A stretch of DNA of 58,609 nucleotides, taken from the IMG/VR virus record IMGVR_UViG_3300027759_003944; one strand, 5' to 3'. Below the pieces are notes generated by a model. The model saw only the letters and a list, made by a program, of their open reading frames with translations. It did no database searches and was not told where the DNA came from. The translations under genes were made by a program, and so were the position numbers. Each line of letters begins with the position of its first letter. Within the stretch, counting starts at the first letter, position 1. Below, piece by piece: positions 55,852-58,609 of the stretch. The DNA comes from a virus. Its lineage: Duplodnaviria; Heunggongvirae; Uroviricota; Caudoviricetes.

Positions 55852-56295
55852 ATGAAAGTCTTGTGCCGCACCCTTTTTGACTGTACCTTCACTGGTGTCA
55901 CAGGACATCTCCGACCACAACAGTTGCCTTTTACCACCAAAACAGGCCTGGTGATTGACACGCCTGACCAATGGAATCGCAGTCGCAATCAACAGCGCAA
56001 CTGGGAAAGCCTATTGCAAATTGTCAGTCTAAGAACACAGCCCATGAATGTTGTACCACCCACCAAGCACAAAGATGGTTGGTATTTTGAATTTGAAGTA
56101 GAAGCAGAGGGCGTTCTCAGCAGTGACATTGCCAGTGATGATCTAGCAGGACTTGTGGCAGACTGTGAAGCTGTGCCCATGGTCACAGGACTGGATGAAT
56201 CTGAAGCGATCACTGCCACACTGCATGCTCAAGGCACCAATCAGAACATTTGGTTCACAGCCATAAATACGCCATTGGAGCCTGAACATGGTTGA
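55852..56295 (+). CDS. Hypothetical protein
   Basis: MKVLCRTLFDCT...RNQQRNWESLLQ; TAAATA 8 nt upstream. Confidence 0.7.
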   Translation: MKVLCRTLFDCTFTGVTGHLRPQQLPFTTKTGLVIDTPDQWNRSRNQQRNWESLLQIVSLRTQPMNVVPPTKHKDGWYFEFEVEAEGVLSSDIASDDLAGLVADCEAVPMVTGLDESEAITATLHAQGTNQNIWFTAINTPLEPEHG

Positions 56296-56554
56296 TACTA
56301 CTGACATTGAAAAGAAAAGTCTCGAAGCTCACGTTGAGTTGTGTGCAGAGCGTTACCGCATGCTGGAACTCAAAATAGAAACAGTGGAACAAGAAGTTGG
56401 CGAAGTCAAACACATGGTCACTGAAGTGCATGGCATTGTGCGAAAAATGGGCGAAAAACGCAACGATCAAATCATTGCCTGGGGCATAGGCATCATTGGT
56501 GTGTTGCTGGGCGTTGTGGGGTGGCTGGCTACTCATTACATCAAGACACTATGA
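56288..56554 (+). CDS. Coiled-coil protein with C-terminal transmembrane helix (holin/XhlA-like architecture)
   Basis: HVELCAERY coiled coil plus IIAWGIGIIGVLLGVVGWLA. Confidence 0.55.
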   Translation: MVDTTDIEKKSLEAHVELCAERYRMLELKIETVEQEVGEVKHMVTEVHGIVRKMGEKRNDQIIAWGIGIIGVLLGVVGWLATHYIKTL

Positions 56555-57006
56555 CCCGTGATCAAAAATTAGAACGCTTTGCCGAGCGTGAACTCAAACG
56601 TGTGTACACTGAACTGATCATAGACGATGAACATGGTGGATATGTAGCGTTTGGACGTTATCATGTAAAGCCCCAGTCAACAGGGTTTGCGGTGTATTAT
56701 CACAGTGATGATCTTGTGAGCACATTCAGCAGTAAAAAAACTGCCATGTCATGGTGTGTGGCAGATCACTTGCAACAATACAAATTAGCACAAAACATCC
56801 GCATATTAGACAACAGAAAACAAACACTCACTGCTGATATCTATTGCCGCCGCGGGCAAGCAGATCGTAGCACAAAACCTGAATTCCGAGAAATGGTGCG
56901 CACCAAACTTGCACCTAAAATTGAAAACTTAACACTGCTGGATCAAGAACTTGAAAAATGTTTAAATTCGGCTAAATATCTACAACTAAGAGGATTTGCC
57001 AAATGA
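56551..57006 (+). CDS. Hypothetical protein
   Basis: 151 aa with ATGA overlaps. Confidence 0.7.
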   Translation: MTRDQKLERFAERELKRVYTELIIDDEHGGYVAFGRYHVKPQSTGFAVYYHSDDLVSTFSSKKTAMSWCVADHLQQYKLAQNIRILDNRKQTLTADIYCRRGQADRSTKPEFREMVRTKLAPKIENLTLLDQELEKCLNSAKYLQLRGFAK

Positions 57007-57932
57007 AATTAACCGAACTGGCCACACCAAAAAAGAGCCGCCAAGTAACCCAAGTATTTGAAAGTTACTTTGGAACCAAGATGCCTGTGAACAAACTCAC
57101 AGTGCGCGAAGCACAGGCCATGCTGAAACGGGTGCGTGGTGTGATTGCTGAACATCAGCGTAGTCCCAGCCGCCACACCAGTGAGCGCAACCCTGCATAT
57201 TTGAAACTTGTGATGATGGAACAAGCATTGACCAGTCGCATCCGAGAAGAACAAGTTCCAATTCCATCCACTTCATCCAGCACTAATCCTAGCACCAGCA
57301 CTGCCACCACACCTCCACCAGCAGGAAGTCAAAACACTGTGGATGTCAAAGATCCCAAGATGGCGCAGGCATTGAAGAAAAGTGCAGCAGGACAAACTCT
57401 TACTCCAGACGAACAAAAAATGGTAGCCGGTCAAGCAATGATGGCTGCTGAAAGTCGTTTGCGCAGAGCATACCGTTACTTGAAAGAATCAGAAGTTCAA
57501 CAAGCACAAGTGGTGTTGGCCGCACAAGACATGGTAGACAAGATGCAATCAATGTTGGAAGACACCACAGAGATGCAATTCAAAGAACTGCCTGCTCTAG
57601 TAGATAGTATCCGCAATCAAATTGGCATGGAACAAGCCACACAGTTCAACAGTGATGTCACTGGTGCATTGCAAGGTCTTGTGCAAAACTTACAAGGAGC
57701 CAAACAACAACTGGAAACAGCACTGGGTGTGGTCACAGGACAACCTGCTGCACTAGACACCAGCATGGCTGCTAGTGGCATGCCAGGTGCTGCTCCGGCT
57801 CCTATGCCAGGTGCAGAAATGGGTGCAGAAATGGGTGCCGATGTTGGTGCCGATGTTGGTGCAGAAATGGGTGCTGATCTTGAAACAGGTGCACCTGCTC
57901 CTAAAGCAGCCCTGGGCCGAGCACGTAGATAA
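57003..57932 (+). CDS. Putative prohead core/internal protein
   Basis: MKLTEL start; LKESEVQQAQVVLAAQDMVD coiled coil; C-terminal ALGRARR. Confidence 0.6.
   Translation: MKLTELATPKKSRQVTQVFESYFGTKMPVNKLTVREAQAMLKRVRGVIAEHQRSPSRHTSERNPAYLKLVMMEQALTSRIREEQVPIPSTSSSTNPSTSTATTPPPAGSQNTVDVKDPKMAQALKKSAAGQTLTPDEQKMVAGQAMMAAESRLRRAYRYLKESEVQQAQVVLAAQDMVDKMQSMLEDTTEMQFKELPALVDSIRNQIGMEQATQFNSDVTGALQGLVQNLQGAKQQLETALGVVTGQPAALDTSMAASGMPGAAPAPMPGAEMGAEMGADVGADVGAEMGADLETGAPAPKAALGRARR
57810..57881 (+). repeat. 12-nt tandem repeat x6 (GAEM/GADV)
   Basis: ggtgcagaaatg and ggtgccgatgtt units. Confidence 0.9.
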
Positions 57933-58288
57933 TGAGAATCGACGAAGTCGAAAACACCAAGCCACTAGATCCAGCCAAACTGCAAGGTCTAGTGGATTTT
58001 CTTTCAGGTCGTGCAGATGATGAAAATGCACAAAAACAAATCAGCACCGATGCATTTATTTCTGCTGCTCGTAGTTTGGGATTTCCTGTTAGTGAAAAAA
58101 ACATTGTGAGCATTGTGAGTCAGCCTCCTTTGGACAGTGTGCTAGAGCCAATGGATTCACAAAATCCCACAGTAATCAAATACAAAGGTGCGGCTCCTAA
58201 CGTGGCGCCTAAAATGCCTGTAAACAAAGCACAAGACATCGTGGCCGCCTCAGCCAAATCCGCTATGCAACGCGGAATGAACAAATAA
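57932..58288 (+). CDS. Hypothetical (putative internal head) protein
   Basis: MRIDEVE N-terminus; coupled to the previous stop. Confidence 0.65.
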   Translation: MRIDEVENTKPLDPAKLQGLVDFLSGRADDENAQKQISTDAFISAARSLGFPVSEKNIVSIVSQPPLDSVLEPMDSQNPTVIKYKGAAPNVAPKMPVNKAQDIVAASAKSAMQRGMNK

Positions 58289-58297
58289 CCATTCCGG

Positions 58298-58326
58298 TTG
58301 ACCGCAGTCAGTAAATACGCTATAAT
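58298..58326 (+). promoter_or_regulatory. Sigma70-type promoter for iscU with embedded TAAATA
   Basis: TTGACC-17 nt-TATAAT; TAAATA at 58312. Confidence 0.8.
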
Positions 58327-58343
58327 CAGCGAAGGAATATCAC

Positions 58344-58609
58344 ATGGCCTATTCAGAAAAAGTAATTGATCACTATGAAAATCCACGCAATGTGGGCAAG
58401 TTTGAAATTGACGATACTATTGGCACAGGCATGGTGGGAGCACCGGCTTGTGGCGACGTGATGAAATTGCAAATCAAAGTTGAAGATGGAATTATAACAG
58501 ATGCCAGGTTCAAAACATACGGATGCGGAAGTGCGATTGCCTCATCCTCTCTTGTTACCGAGTGGGTTAAAGGACGAACGCTTGACCAAGCCGCAGCTCT
58601 TAAAAATTC
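58344..58609 (+). CDS. iscU: Fe-S cluster assembly scaffold IscU (3'-truncated by window)
   Basis: Manual translation MAYSEKVIDHYENPRNVGKF...GTGMVGAPACGDVMKLQIKVEDGIITDARFKTYGCGSAIASSSLVTEWVKGRTLDQA; absent from ORF track. Confidence 0.95.
   Translation, partial: MAYSEKVIDHYENPRNVGKFEIDDTIGTGMVGAPACGDVMKLQIKVEDGIITDARFKTYGCGSAIASSSLVTEWVKGRTLDQAAALKN

Noticed and set aside
1-58609. Stop-codon reassignment, tRNA genes, or a diversity-generating retroelement
   Set aside because: Core genes read intact in code 11 with dense packing; no cloverleaf seen in the short intergenic gaps; no reverse transcriptase or template/variable repeat pair

Overview
The window is a 58.6 kb segment of a large, distantly T4-related myovirus (jumbo-phage type gene order). 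It uses the standard genetic code and lies mostly on the + strand. Core genes are tail sheath (partial), tail tube, head-completion nuclease, terminase large subunit, gp32-like SSB, UvsX/UvsY/UvsW, clamp-loader small subunit, a miniature DnaE-like protein, primase, DnaB-like helicase, a tail-fibre-like protein and several putative internal head proteins with T4-like capsid-targeting/cleavage motifs. Dispersed between the core genes is a large modification toolkit: six intact radical SAM enzymes with an N-terminal twitch-like Cys domain plus the deletion scar of a seventh, about eleven glycosyltransferase-like genes, methyltransferases, sulfotransferase-like, SGNH, SDR and 2OG-Fe(II) oxygenase genes. 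A partial iscU (missing from the ORF track) sits at the right edge. Regulatory signals include sigma70-type promoters, TAAATA late promoters (many apparently leaderless) and a duplicated operator-promoter. The most unusual signal is a 3'-UTR hairpin whose loop is complementary to the extended ribosome-binding sites of the two upstream early genes. All functional calls come from manual motif recognition; no database searches were run.
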